Source: Yuukianura sp. NJ FZ-2021
Taxonomy: Eukaryota
NCBI GenBank assembly: GCA_046563655.1
Contig: CM102284.1
Coordinates: 4,154,001-4,218,000 of the forward strand
Length of the DNA stretch: 64,000 nt
Direction: 5' to 3'
Shown here: positions 41,700 to 53,300 of the stretch, one piece after another
How positions within the stretch are numbered: position 1 is the first letter of the stretch
Layout of the letters: each line of letters begins with the position of its first letter
Position numbers and translations under genes: made by a program
Notes under the pieces: generated by a model
Seen by the model: only the letters and a program-made list of their open reading frames with translations
Told to the model about the DNA's origin: nothing
The model's database searches: none

Positions 41700-43657
41700 A
41701 TGGCTTTGCTTCGAGCTTTTATTGTCTTCACTGTGACGCTATTTTACTTTCTATGGAGAAGATCAAAGTACTACAAGGACAAGGAACTCCCGCCGGGTAA
41801 CTACTAATTTGTCTCCAAAGATTTCATTCTTCTGCGAGTGACCTTTGACCTCAATTTTGCTTTATTTCAAAATTTCAGGTCCAATCCGGTGGCCACTGAT
41901 TGGAAGCATTCCGCAGTTGATGATGGTTGACAAGAAATATCCGTACAAGCAATTTACCAAGCTGAGTGAACGATACGGAGACATCATGTCCATAGGTCTC
42001 GGAGTCCATTACGCCGGTAAAGTCAAATTCTGTAACAATGACGTTTGACCTTGACTTTCATGTTTTTTTTTCAGTTGTAATCTCCAACATTGACATTATG
42101 AAGGACTTGCTCAAGCGACCTGAATTTTTCATGGAGCGGTTCTTGGTGCAATTTGTATATCAGCGATCAGAAAACCCTAACTTAGGAATTGTGTTTGCAA
42201 GTGGCGAGTCGTGGGCAGAGATTAGGAGATTCACAATGAAGAAATTGCGGGACTTTGGATTTGGAAAAGCAGCATTTATTGAGGAAACGATCCAAGACGA
42301 AATGAGATCCCTCATGCAGCACATTCGGGATAAATCGGAGAATTCCGACTGCGTTTGGAAAGTCGACAATAGCAGAATTTCAATGATTTCGATCAATGTT
42401 CTTTGGACTAGCGTGGCTGGGTATCGTTTTGACACTTCTACTGACTTTCTCAGAAGACACATCGAAATGAATTCTAAAGTGTTTGAAGCAATGAAGCCAA
42501 GCAACTTGCTTCAAGTACTTCCGTTCCTCAAAATCTTCCCGGAATGGAGTGGCTATAACCGAAACGGAGAAATATTTAAGGCTGGTTGGAACCTCATGCG
42601 GGTATGAGAAAGCAAATTTTAAAAGAAAACTTAAAAAAGAAACAGCTTTGTATTTGAAAATTTTAGGAGCAAGTGGCTGATGCCAAACTGAAACGGCAGG
42701 GTAGAATGGCGGGTGACACGGAAAGCTTTGTCGACGCATTTTTAGATGAAATTGAAAAGAACCGCGGAAATCCTGACACTCTATTTACAGGTGACTTGTA
42801 CTGTAAAATGTTAAAATTTTTAGTTTTTAGTTTTGTTTAAGGTTCTAAACTAAAACTTTGTTTAGTTTTTGTTCTTCTATTGAATTATAGAAGATCAGTT
42901 GGCGGTGGTCCTCTTAGACCTGTTTTTAGCAGCGACGGATACGACAAGTTCTACTATTAGTTGGTTGACGCAGTACTTTGCGGTGTTTCCGAAAATTCAA
43001 AATCGTGCACGCGCCGAAATTATGAAAATGTCTGAAAATGGAACAAAATCAATTCCAGTGTCGGCGCGTAACAAGTAAGTTGCAACCTTACTATATTTCA
43101 ATTTTCTCATTTCAAGATTTTGAAAAGCCGTTGCTTTTAGAATGCCGTACGTCGTAGCTTGTATTTACGAGGTGATGCGACACGCTCCTTTTGGTTCATT
43201 GCCTCCAACACGTCAGACATCTTGCGACGTTGTATATGAAAATTACATCATTCCCAAGGGAACTTGTATCCTGTACAACCTGTACCCGGGGTTCCATGAC
43301 ACCAAATACTGGGGTGACCCTGAAGAAGTTCGACCTGAACGATTTCTTGACCCCACTGGAACAGCATTGAACCAAGAAAAAGTTGATCGAGTTGCTACTC
43401 AATTTGGATTTGGTAAACTGTCGAAAACTTCAATTTAAAGGAAATTAAGTTTTACAATGTGAATATGTTTAGGTAAACGAACTTGCCCAGGAGAATCAAT
43501 GGCTATGGATACTATTTTTTGTTACATAGTGACTCTGCTTTCGACGTTTTCAGTTGAGGTCAAAGCCGGAATGGAACCAACACTCAAACCAGGAACGCCT
43601 GCCATCGCAATGGCTCCAGCAGATTATGTCGCCAAATTCGTCCCTCTGACTCACTAA
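41700..43657 (+). CDS. Cytochrome P450, CYP2 clan
   Basis: N-terminal TM + PPGPIRWPLIG, WAEIRRF, I-helix DLFLAATDTT, EVMR, PERF, heme motif FGFG|KRTCPGE; about 7 exons. Confidence 0.93.
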
Positions 43658-44851
43658 AAAGCACAACTCAAAAAAAGCATACTTATTTTCAAAATTTTTA
43701 ACTTTTAAACACATTACAGAACGTTGTAGCAAATTCTATTAAAAGAGCAAAATTTTTGACAAGTCAGTCAATAATGCCAAAGTTTCATTAGCCATCTTTC
43801 ATCAAAAACCTTTGAATCTGGATTAGCGACGTAAATTTTAACATTTGACCCAACCTTTCGCACTGTAAAACATTATTTCCTCCAGGAATTCAGTGCGAAA
43901 TTTTCATTAAGTCAATTAATACTTAAAAACAAAGTTAAAGTGAAATGAGGAAGTTGACACTTCGTTAGCGTTTTAGAATCAGGTTTGCATAAATTGAATT
44001 CAAGGTTTTCCGCATCGAGTTAACTTAATTTTTTTGCATCGTTGAAGTTTCGAATTGATTCAATCAGACTGTGGAAGTCATGCCTCCTGCATGAGCGGTT
44101 TTGAACTGCATTAATGAACATCACTTCTCCTAAGATTGGTGACAAATACGCTAATACGAAAACTTCCAAACAGTTTCTAAAATCCTCTTCTTAAACAGTT
44201 AACACGGATTTTCAATCTAGTCAAAGAAATAAAAATGTCAGCCAAAGGAAAGCCTTGATTTCTTAGAAGTTTCATGATGTCTCCTCTGGCCGCCGGACTT
44301 GATGGGAACTCGACGCTTGCGTAATTTCACACTTAATTAAACTTTGCAATTTATCGAAGGTCAAATGTCATCAAATCATAAGTTCACAAAACATTTTCTG
44401 CCTGCAACGTCCAAATATGCTCTGTTTTCCTACTGGTCGCTTTCAAGTTCCAAGCAGGTCCTGTTGCTCCATTCATATTGCATCAACTAGCGTTAATAAG
44501 CGATTCTGTCGGTTTAATTGTAATTAAATCTGACTAACGTTAATTTTTCCTGAATCACTGGACATTCATTGTGGTTTCCATTTGAGTAAATTAAAACAGG
44601 ATACTAGACTGACTCATCCAATTCGTAAGTGGGAAGCCATTAGTTGCAAAGTTAGTTGTCCAGTTAGGCTTTTTGTATTTAAAGGTCAGACGCAATACGA
44701 ATTTTTAGTAGCGATTCCATAACAAAGTCGAATTTTAGAACTTAACCGAAGGAACACTTATCAAACGTAAGCTAACCAAACCCTAACTAACGCTATTTGA
44801 ACATTTTGACTTGAGGTGATGGTCGCCTAACTTAACCTAATGTATTACAGC

Positions 44852-47363
44852 ATGTCGCCCATCCCGTTTGCACTGCTACTGCTCATTGGAACCTTAGCTG
44901 TAGAGGTACAGTCCCCGGTGTTTTATTTTAGGCCGAATTCATGTCTAGTGAACTCTCTCTCCTCAAACTAGACATAGCGTGTGTAGATTGGTTCCTGTCG
45001 GTTGACATGTGCCTAAACATTTGGACACGATGTGGGTCTCCTACTTTTTTTCAGACTCCAGTAGACATGAATTCGACACAGAAAAGAATGCATTCCATCC
45101 TGTAAACAATTACGTATACAGAATATGCAATGCATTGTGTCTAGTCCGGTACTCCAAATCTTTAACTTAACTTTAACCCATCATCCGCGTATCATTTGGA
45201 AGGCTTAAAATGTTTCAACTGTTACACTGGGTCTATGTTTAACAATAAATTTTAAAAAAATTGTTAGTCCAAGGTGAAAAAAAAGGCCCATTTTGAAGGC
45301 TAACTTGGCTGAAAATTGACAGGCGACATAAAATAACCTCAAACGAGTTCGGAAAATGCCGGAAACGTTAACGTTAACGCCAGAGCTACCGGCATTCCTT
45401 TGTCGCTAATTTTTTTTTTGTTTTTGCAATTTTTCTTCTCTAAATTCAGATTAGAGCAAATTCGCACGTTTTTTAAGCAAAGGACGTTTTCACTTGTGAC
45501 TTTTACTCTGATGCTGAGGTCATTTAATTGCGGAAAATTCCAACTGCAATTAATTGTCAAGACGCAATTAATTGTGAAACTGTAATTAATTTTTCTTTCT
45601 TTTTTGCAAATGTAGTATTTCCAAATAATGTCTCCAAGGATAAACAAACTGCCAAAATTTCCGAAAGGAAAAACAAAAGTAAAACGCCTGGATGGAAATA
45701 CCAGTTTTCTGGTTGGATTATACCCATGTGGGTGCATGTTAAAAACTTAGAAAAATTTCGAGAAAAGAATGACCTATGACCTATGGCAACCCAAAAAATG
45801 ACCTCTACAAAAGTTGTTGGGCTTGACGAGGGGATTATTGTTTGTCCTCTGACATATGACCTTGTGACCTTCCGTTGAGGTCATAGATAAATTTGAAAGT
45901 TAGTTAGGTTGGGTTATGTTTAACCTTCAAATTGACCTATGACCTCAACGGAAGGTCACAGGGTCATGTGTCAGAGGATAAAAAATGATCCCCCCATCAA
46001 GCCCAACAATTTTCGTAGAGGTCATTTTTTGGGGTGTCTCGAGATGTCATTGACCGTTTTCTCGAAATTTTTCCAAGTTTTTAACATGCGCCCACATGGG
46101 TATAATCCAACCAGTTTTCTATATTTTGCATGAACAAAGTTTATTATTTAGCCATTTGTATATTTCTAGAATTAAGAAAAAAAATAACAGTGAATGGAAT
46201 TGCAGTGGAAGAAAAATTGCAAGGATTTGAGGGATTACCGAAGTAAAATAACCTAAAGCGTGGATCAAAATTTACAAGGAACTGAATTTTAAAACACCGA
46301 AACGAGAAACAGAGTCAAATACACATTCGTGTGCGAATTTGATTTTTAGTAAAAAAATGGCATGTGGTTAACTAAATTCTATTATTTAAATACTACTCGC
46401 TTGAAATTTAGTTCAGGCTGTTTTATAAATTATGGGAAAATCCAATGCCAATTAATGATTACGTGTTAAATTCCATAGGATTTGAAAATTTTGAACTTTT
46501 TGGACCATCTCCAAAATTTCGAACCATTGCATCAAAAGAAAATGTGAGGGGTCATTGTGAGGTCACGTATTGATTTGCAGCCAAATCTAAAATAACCTGA
46601 ATGATAAGTTAACCGAATCCACGAATCGCCAATTAATAATGTAAAAGATTGATCAAATTAAAGTGTGAAAATTAATGATTGAAAACTTCAAGATTAACGG
46701 ATACATGACAAAGATTAAACAGATTTAAGCAGTAGTTCATCAAAAACTAGGATATGGTAAGGTGGATAGTGGGTGTAACAGAAAATTAGTGCAGCGATGA
46801 TGGACAGTAGATCGAATCCCAGTAAGAAGGTCTTTTTTTTTCTTTTTCTTTTTGGAGTGTCTAAAATACTCGACACAACCATTTCTAAAGCGACTGTTCT
46901 GTATACTGGACCAGACAAACACTCCCAAGTCTTCCTCCTCCGGAAAATTGTCACAGTGTCTAGTCCAGTAGACACAAAAAGGGACCAAGTTTGTGGGTAG
47001 AAGATTCAACATACTACTGTACACAGCCTGTACCCAATTTCATTCACCGGGTCTGCTAAGCGGTCTGATGAGGATCATGAATACTCCTATGAAAATGACG
47101 ATGATCGTATAGCTAGCGCCCTGGAGGAGTTGCAAAACATGCGCAGGAGTCGACTGGGCGTTCTGTCAATTGGGGACAAAGATGGAGACGATAAATTAAG
47201 CTTCGATGAACTGCATGACCTTGTGAAGTCACAAGACAGTAAGGAAAAAGTAACCTCTGCAGAGATTCTGGTTCAATTCAAGAAATTGGACACAGACAAC
47301 GACGGTTTCATTACGCCAGAGGAATTGAGTGCAGCGGGAGAAATTGACTCTGATGAAAAATGA
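44852..47363 (+). CDS. Secreted two-EF-hand protein whose CDS is interrupted after codon 19 by a 2.1-kb insertion (disrupted allele or intronised TE)
   Basis: MSPIPFALLLLIGTLAVEV (44852-44908) joins in frame to HSLYPISFTGSAKRSDEDHE… (47022 onward) when the insert and one TA are removed; EF loops DKDGDDKLSFDE and DTDNDGFITPEE; intact paralog next door. Confidence 0.75.
44909..47019. mobile_element. Composite/nested DNA-transposon insertion with TA target duplication
   Basis: TA|CAGT…ACTG|TA boundaries; internal inverted repeat GCCGAATTCATGTCTAGTG (44932) / CAGTAGACATGAATTCGAC (45059-45077); GTGTCTAGTCC motif near both ends; contains a further MITE. Confidence 0.7.
45711..46112. mobile_element. 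Foldback MITE with GG…CC termini and 8-bp TSD (Merlin-like hallmarks)
   Basis: GGTTGGATTATACCCATGTGGG / CCCACATGGGTATAATCCAACC; imperfect arms ~190 bp; AGTTTTCT at 45703-45710 and 46113-46120. Confidence 0.85.
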
Positions 47364-47812
47364 AGCAAATGAACCTAACCCAACATCGATACTTAAACTT
47401 TGAAAACTTTGTCTAAAAAAATTTTCCAATTGCAACAGTAATAAACGCTTTAAGCAATCTCATTTGGAATTTGGAAATACACGAAATTGCGGTTTGTAAT
47501 TTGACCTTGACCTGGTGTTAATAAGCGAGTCTGTGCGTCCAGCGTTAACTTTAAGTTGAATCTGAAAACATGTCCAATTGAAGTATCGGTTTGTCATTAA
47601 ATGGCCTCAATTAGGAATTGTTACACTTAGGTTCATATTTAAGCTCAGAGCAATAACTTTTTCAATCATTCGACAGATTTTCTGCCTACTACTCTACGCG
47701 ACTTGGTTGAAGCAAACTGTGAGACAACTAAACAATTTGTGTATTCTCCGTAATATTGAAATCGAATTTAATTTGGCGCTTTGAATTATTTAGGCGGGAA
47801 ACTACTGAAAAC

Positions 47813-48181
47813 ATGGCCCCATTTCAATTCGCGATCTTAATCGTTGCTGCTCTGTGCGTCGCTGGAAGTAACGCTTCCGAAGAGCATTCGTTTGAAATCA
47901 TATACGACTATGACTCTATAGAAGCCCCTACGGATGACCAGATCCCGGACTTCCTCCGGGAGCTTGCCACGGTGTCACGTTCCAACCTCGGAGCATTGTC
48001 ACGCGGAGATACAAATATTGATGGGAAACTGAGCTACCAAGAACTTCATGACTTTGTTCGAAATACTGCCAGCAGCGCTCAAGACAAGTCCTCGACTGAA
48101 ATCAAAGAAGAGTTTGATTCAGTCGATACGAACAAGGATGGATTTCTGTCAGAAGACGAGATTAAAGCAAGTCGACAATAA
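47813..48181 (+). CDS. Secreted two-EF-hand protein (single coding exon), paralog of the gene at 44852
   Basis: Signal peptide MAPFQFAILIVAALCVAGSNA; EF loops DTNIDGKLSYQE and DTNKDGFLSEDE; shared RSxLGxLSxGD…ELHD motif. Confidence 0.85.
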   Translation: MAPFQFAILIVAALCVAGSNASEEHSFEIIYDYDSIEAPTDDQIPDFLRELATVSRSNLGALSRGDTNIDGKLSYQELHDFVRNTASSAQDKSSTEIKEEFDSVDTNKDGFLSEDEIKASRQ

Positions 48182-49002
48182 ACGTAATCTGTGTATTCCT
48201 TCATCTCAATTGTAGTCTGGAATTTCCAGATCCAACCTACTTTTTCTAAAAATTGAACCGTGAAAACTGTTTCGGAACTTTAATTCAATGTTTTGTTTTG
48301 AGAGTTTCATGAATGAGGCAAAATTCAAAATTTCTAAGTAAATTTTTATGCAAAATTGTTGCGTTAGAAAGTTTATACTTTCACCTCGATCCAACTGCTT
48401 TCTTCTCAGGCTATGTCAAAACCAGGAAGAGAAAGAGATCTAAAAACCACTATTACCCACGTAAACAAAATCTATAAAATACAAAACAATTAAGAAAAAG
48501 TTAACAAATAGATTGTAAACACAATACGTAATTCTAAAGGTCAATTCTGAAGAATTTACGTAAGAAACAGGAATTCTACGAACGTACAAACCGTGGATGT
48601 GCAGAGGTTGGAGAGATTTTGAGCTAAAAGTAGCAGTACACCACCATAATATATTTGTACAGGTGAAAACCAGTTTTTTTTTCTAACAACGTCAGTAAAT
48701 GTCTATTTGACGACTAATGCACGTCATGATCATCATGATGCTCTGTTGATTGTTTACAAATATTGCGCAAGAAATATTGGTATGCCGTGCCATACGATGG
48801 AACGGAAAACTTCAAAAAAATTGACAATTCAAAAACACAAATGAAAAACATTACCAAGTATGACGCACAAGAAGAAAACACGTTTTCTAAATTCTGAATT
48901 TTGGAGGTGTCCCTTCCAAGAAATCTGTAGATAATGTATCGGTTTCCTAACTTCCTCCCAAGATTAACCAAACACTGTACGACCAAGCATCTCTCCATTT
49001 GA

Positions 49003-49038
49003 TATAAAAGCACTAGCTTCGAGTCAGGTAAATCAGTT
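49003..49038 (+). promoter_or_regulatory. TATA box and arthropod initiator of the diapausin gene
   Basis: TATAAAA at 49003 and TCAGTT at 49033, canonical ~30-bp spacing, 70 bp upstream of the ATG. Confidence 0.6.
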
Positions 49039-49102
49039 CGAAAATCACTTTCGAAAACCAATATTCTCTAGCAAAACCGAAACTCAAATCCACTTCAAGA
49101 AA

Positions 49103-49396
49103 ATGGCTTCAAAACTTTTCGTCTTCTTGGCCGTTCTGGTCTGCGTTGCTGTTGCCATTGGTAAGCCACTTCGTTTTCACAATACTAAATTTCAAATTTC
49201 AAAATTTAATTATTCTTGAAATGATTCCCAAATTATAAAAAATTTCCAATACTTTGCAGGAGTCACTGAGGCTCAAAGGTACAGCGGACCGTGCAGCGTT
49301 GACTGTGGCCGTAGCGATGAGGAAATCGACCAATGCTGTCGGGCTCATGGCAACAGCGGCGGATACTGCCGTGGTTCTTCAGCGTTCTGCTATTGA
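49103..49396 (+). CDS. Diapausin-like antifungal peptide (6 Cys), 2 exons; missed by the ORF track
   Basis: Exons 49103-49160 and 49260-49396 give MASKLFVFLAVLVCVAVAIGVTEAQRYSGPCSVDCGRSDEEIDQCCRAHGNSGGYCRGSSAFCY*; GPC-x3-C…CCRAHG…YC…C is the diapausin pattern. Confidence 0.9.
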
Positions 49397-50328
49397 TCAT
49401 AACTTCAATACTCAATACTTAAACTGCCTAACTCTTATCCTACTGGTCATGATCAAATAAACTATATTTAAATTCTAAAATCTCTCAATGCTGTAAGAAT
49501 TTCAGTTTATTCCTAAACATTAGCCTAGAATTCATAACACTTGTTACGAGTGATATTGGTAATTTCAGTTTCGGACTTTCACCACTAATGTGTCATGTCA
49601 CTTCTGTTTTTAAAATTGCAAATCTTCCTGGCATACTAAAAATTCGAAATCGAAAAAATAATCGAAGGCTCAATCAGCCAAAGTAGTAAATTCAAAATTT
49701 TAGTTGCAAAAATATTAAGGCCGCACCTTTGTAGCAAATAATAGAAAGAGCGAACTAACTTTTGTACAAGATTTAGTACAATGTTAGAAAGCAAACGGGG
49801 TTTTTCCAATCTACTATTTTAAATATGACCTTCATGCCACACTTTGATTAGTCTTACTTCATCAAGAGTCAGTAAAAACGGCGCCTGCGTATTGTCAATT
49901 TTTAACCAACTGCGCTCATCCTTTCTCTTTTGTCGTTGTAAATAAATTGCTTCCAGAGTAATCCATTCCAAGTTCATTCAGGTTTCATGTCAAATTGGAT
50001 TAGGCCTATGCCAATTCGTGCCAAATTTTTGCAAAACTTGAGAAATGGAGAAAGGAGATGAAAAATAGCAAACACTTCACAAGACACGGACCACTTTGTC
50101 ATCGCTTCCGTAACTTTTGTGGAGTTATTGACGTTAGCCCTTCCACGAAAGCGTGTGAATGACTCTTACTTTCCGGAGAAAGAAGACGATTCAGTTGAGT
50201 AGACGCTTCCAGACGTAACACGACTACTTGTCAAAACTTGTTCAAAGTTTGCTCAACCTGAGGTCACGAGAGGTCAAACTTGCAATTTTCAAAAGTCAAT
50301 GTGAAAAAGTTTTTCGAAAATTTACCAA

Positions 50329-53300
50329 ATGGGCTGCAGTTTCAGTGCCGCTCATTCACCAAAAACTCCCACTACGACTAGTAGTACAATAAGTTTTAGA
50401 ACAATGTCTCCGACACGTTCGTCGTCACTTGCTTCCAAAATTCTTGACCTGGATTCCGTAAGTTTTGAAATTTTGAAAACATGTGTACATGCAATCATGT
50501 AATTTTCCAATTACCTGTTGTAACCAATCCAAACTTTTCGAAAGTTTACGTTTCGTAAGAAAGAAAGAAGCTTTGGAGTTCTGTTTTGTTTTCGAACTTT
50601 TCTTTTCCGATTTTTTTTAGTCTTTTACGTGACAGGTTTTTGAAATTTTGTTGAAAAGAGACAGGCACGGTTGAGCGTCCAAATCGATTTCTTGCAAATT
50701 CTTTACACACTTTAGTTTCCAATATTTTCAACCCAAAACAGTCCAAGGTCACCCACAGACTAAATGACTTTGACATGGATCCTCTCATGTAAAATGCATC
50801 TTTTGTTCCAGTCGATTTCCAAAATACAAACAGAGTCATTGCCGCTTCCTGCACAAACTTGGCCTCTATTCAGTTTAGCGCCTACTTTCGATTTTTGTTT
50901 CCCAATAATAAGCGATTAGACATTTTAATTGCATCTTTGTTTTCGCAAATGGAACAGGGAAGCAGTTCGGATATTTTGGATTTGGAGCGCATGCGCTCTT
51001 TACTAGAGGAGTACATGGCCACTGAAGACAGAATCCAAGGTCTTGAGACCACCAATCCAGTAACAGTATTTTACGTCAAGAAATCACAACTGGATCAAAT
51101 TGAAACCAAAATAAAGTACCAACTGGTTGAGATTGAAGCACTCAAGCACATTGTTCAGTCGTAAGAATTTATTTAAAATTTAATTTAACTGAATCTTTAA
51201 AAAATAACTTACGTTTGATTTCCAGAAAACGCGAAAAGCGTAGCTCGAGTTGTAGTAAAAACCGTATACCTTCGCCAAGTTTGCGCATAACAAATACATC
51301 ACAGCACACCGTTTTAAATGTTTTGGAAGGAATGGGGGAGAAAAAAATTAACAAAGAAGAACAAGATATTTTGACGACTATAAACAAATTGGTAAGGGTG
51401 AAAAGAGGTCAAGGTCAAAATTTGGAAATGTCAAATGCTTTAGTTCGAGATTTTGATTCTTTGCCCAGGAAATTGCGACAACTGAGCTGGAAATGCTGTA
51501 TCAAGAAAGGGCGTTGCATGGGGATGAAGTGGCGGCTCTCTATGGAACTCTGTCGCAGCTTAGCGAAGAGTACAAGAAACAAGACTCCATTTTGGGTAAC
51601 TTTTTTTTTTGAAAATCACAAACTTTATGAAAAAGTAAAAAGCTTCCGAAAGTATTTTTTTCAAGAAATGAAGTTTGTTTCAACAGAACAGCTTGGGATT
51701 GATGCTAGTTTCAACGAAGATGCAAAAGAGGAAGCTGAGTTGGTGGACCTCGAGTCTAGGCGTGTCACAATTTCAGAAACGTATGAACGCTGGAAAGAAG
51801 CGCGAGGTCAACTTATTCAAATCTGTGGTCAGTTTTCCATGGTTCTTACAAATATGGACGAAGCATCAGCAACTCCGAGCGAGTAAGACAAAGTACATAA
51901 TGCAACTCACTCAGTGCATCCGATGCACTGCATCAACGTTGCTATAGCGACCATTTATACTAAAATGGCGTAAGAGGTTATGTCATAACTCCGATTTAAA
52001 AAAAAACAAGAAAAAACAACTTTTGTACCAATTTTGTACCAATTTTGTTGATTTTCACAATAATCTTTTAAATTTCTCGTCGCTGAGTTATAGTTTTGAT
52101 TTCGAATTGCTAACGCAACGGAGCAGCGTGAGATGTGCGGTTCAAAAAATTTGAAAAAGAGAATAACGGAGTTTTTGGCATAACCTTCTAAGCAAAAATA
52201 AACAAAATTTCGAGTTAAACAAGCTTGAGGTCAGCAGTCAAAAGTCAGCTGGTCAGCTGATTTTTTTTAGGCGGGAACTTACCCCATGACATTTGACCCT
52301 CCCCATGCTTGTTCCGACTTCCCGTACGGTTTCTCTGCCGAGACACTCGCGTTTGCGCTGTTCCGAGAAAATTTCCAGCTCCACTTTTCGTCGGCGTCAA
52401 GCGATTTGCAGTACCGGTCTTCATTGTCATGTGGCGGGAGTTGCGTCAAAAGCTGTTTCAGGATATTCTTCTCTCCCACAGAATTGATGTAAGGAATCGC
52501 TGATTCCGGAAGGTAACTAAAGTACAAGTGGACCTACAAAATATCACAAAAAGCATTTCTCAAAAACTTAAATTTCAAAAACTAAAATTTTATTCTGGAA
52601 GGAAAATGAAAAATGAAGGTAAATTCCGGCGAAGAAAAAAATTACCTTTCGTATTAATCATCTTCAGAGTCGTATACAGTTTTTGGGTGGAATTCTAACT
52701 TACAATTTGTAAGATAGATAGAAGTTTGCAATATTTTAAATCTGTTTTATTTTTTTCAAAATTGTCAACATTTTTCAAAAATCAAAATCAAACCAGCATT
52801 ATTTTTTACCGGTTTGGATTTTTACCTGTTCCGGTTTGAGTCCTGGTGGCACCCAAGTGTATTCTTCCAGTGCACATCCAGAATCCGAATCGGAGTGACC
52901 GTTCCCATTGTTCCGTCCATGATCGTTGTGGAACGGCGGATTTAAGCGTGTCATTTCCAACGATTGTGTTTCCAAATTTTGAAAAGTGGTGCGAAGCGAT
53001 CTGTTCGGACGTCTGAATTCTGTTGTTCCTCCTGGATTGCTGATTTTGTCAGATTTTGACCTGTGAACCAACAAAATTTGTGCAAATTAGGAACAATTCA
53101 ATTTAAACATCAACGCAATTACTTAGTTTTAACTAAAATTAACACCTTTGTTCAAGATTTTTCAAAAACCTCAAAAATTCAGATTCCCTCTCATCACATT
53201 TTTGAATTTGAGCCAATGACCTAACCTGAGCATCCTATAGTTCCTAGTTTGATCTCCATAGACCCAACACACTTTCCACCAGTTCTTGGACAAAATGAGG

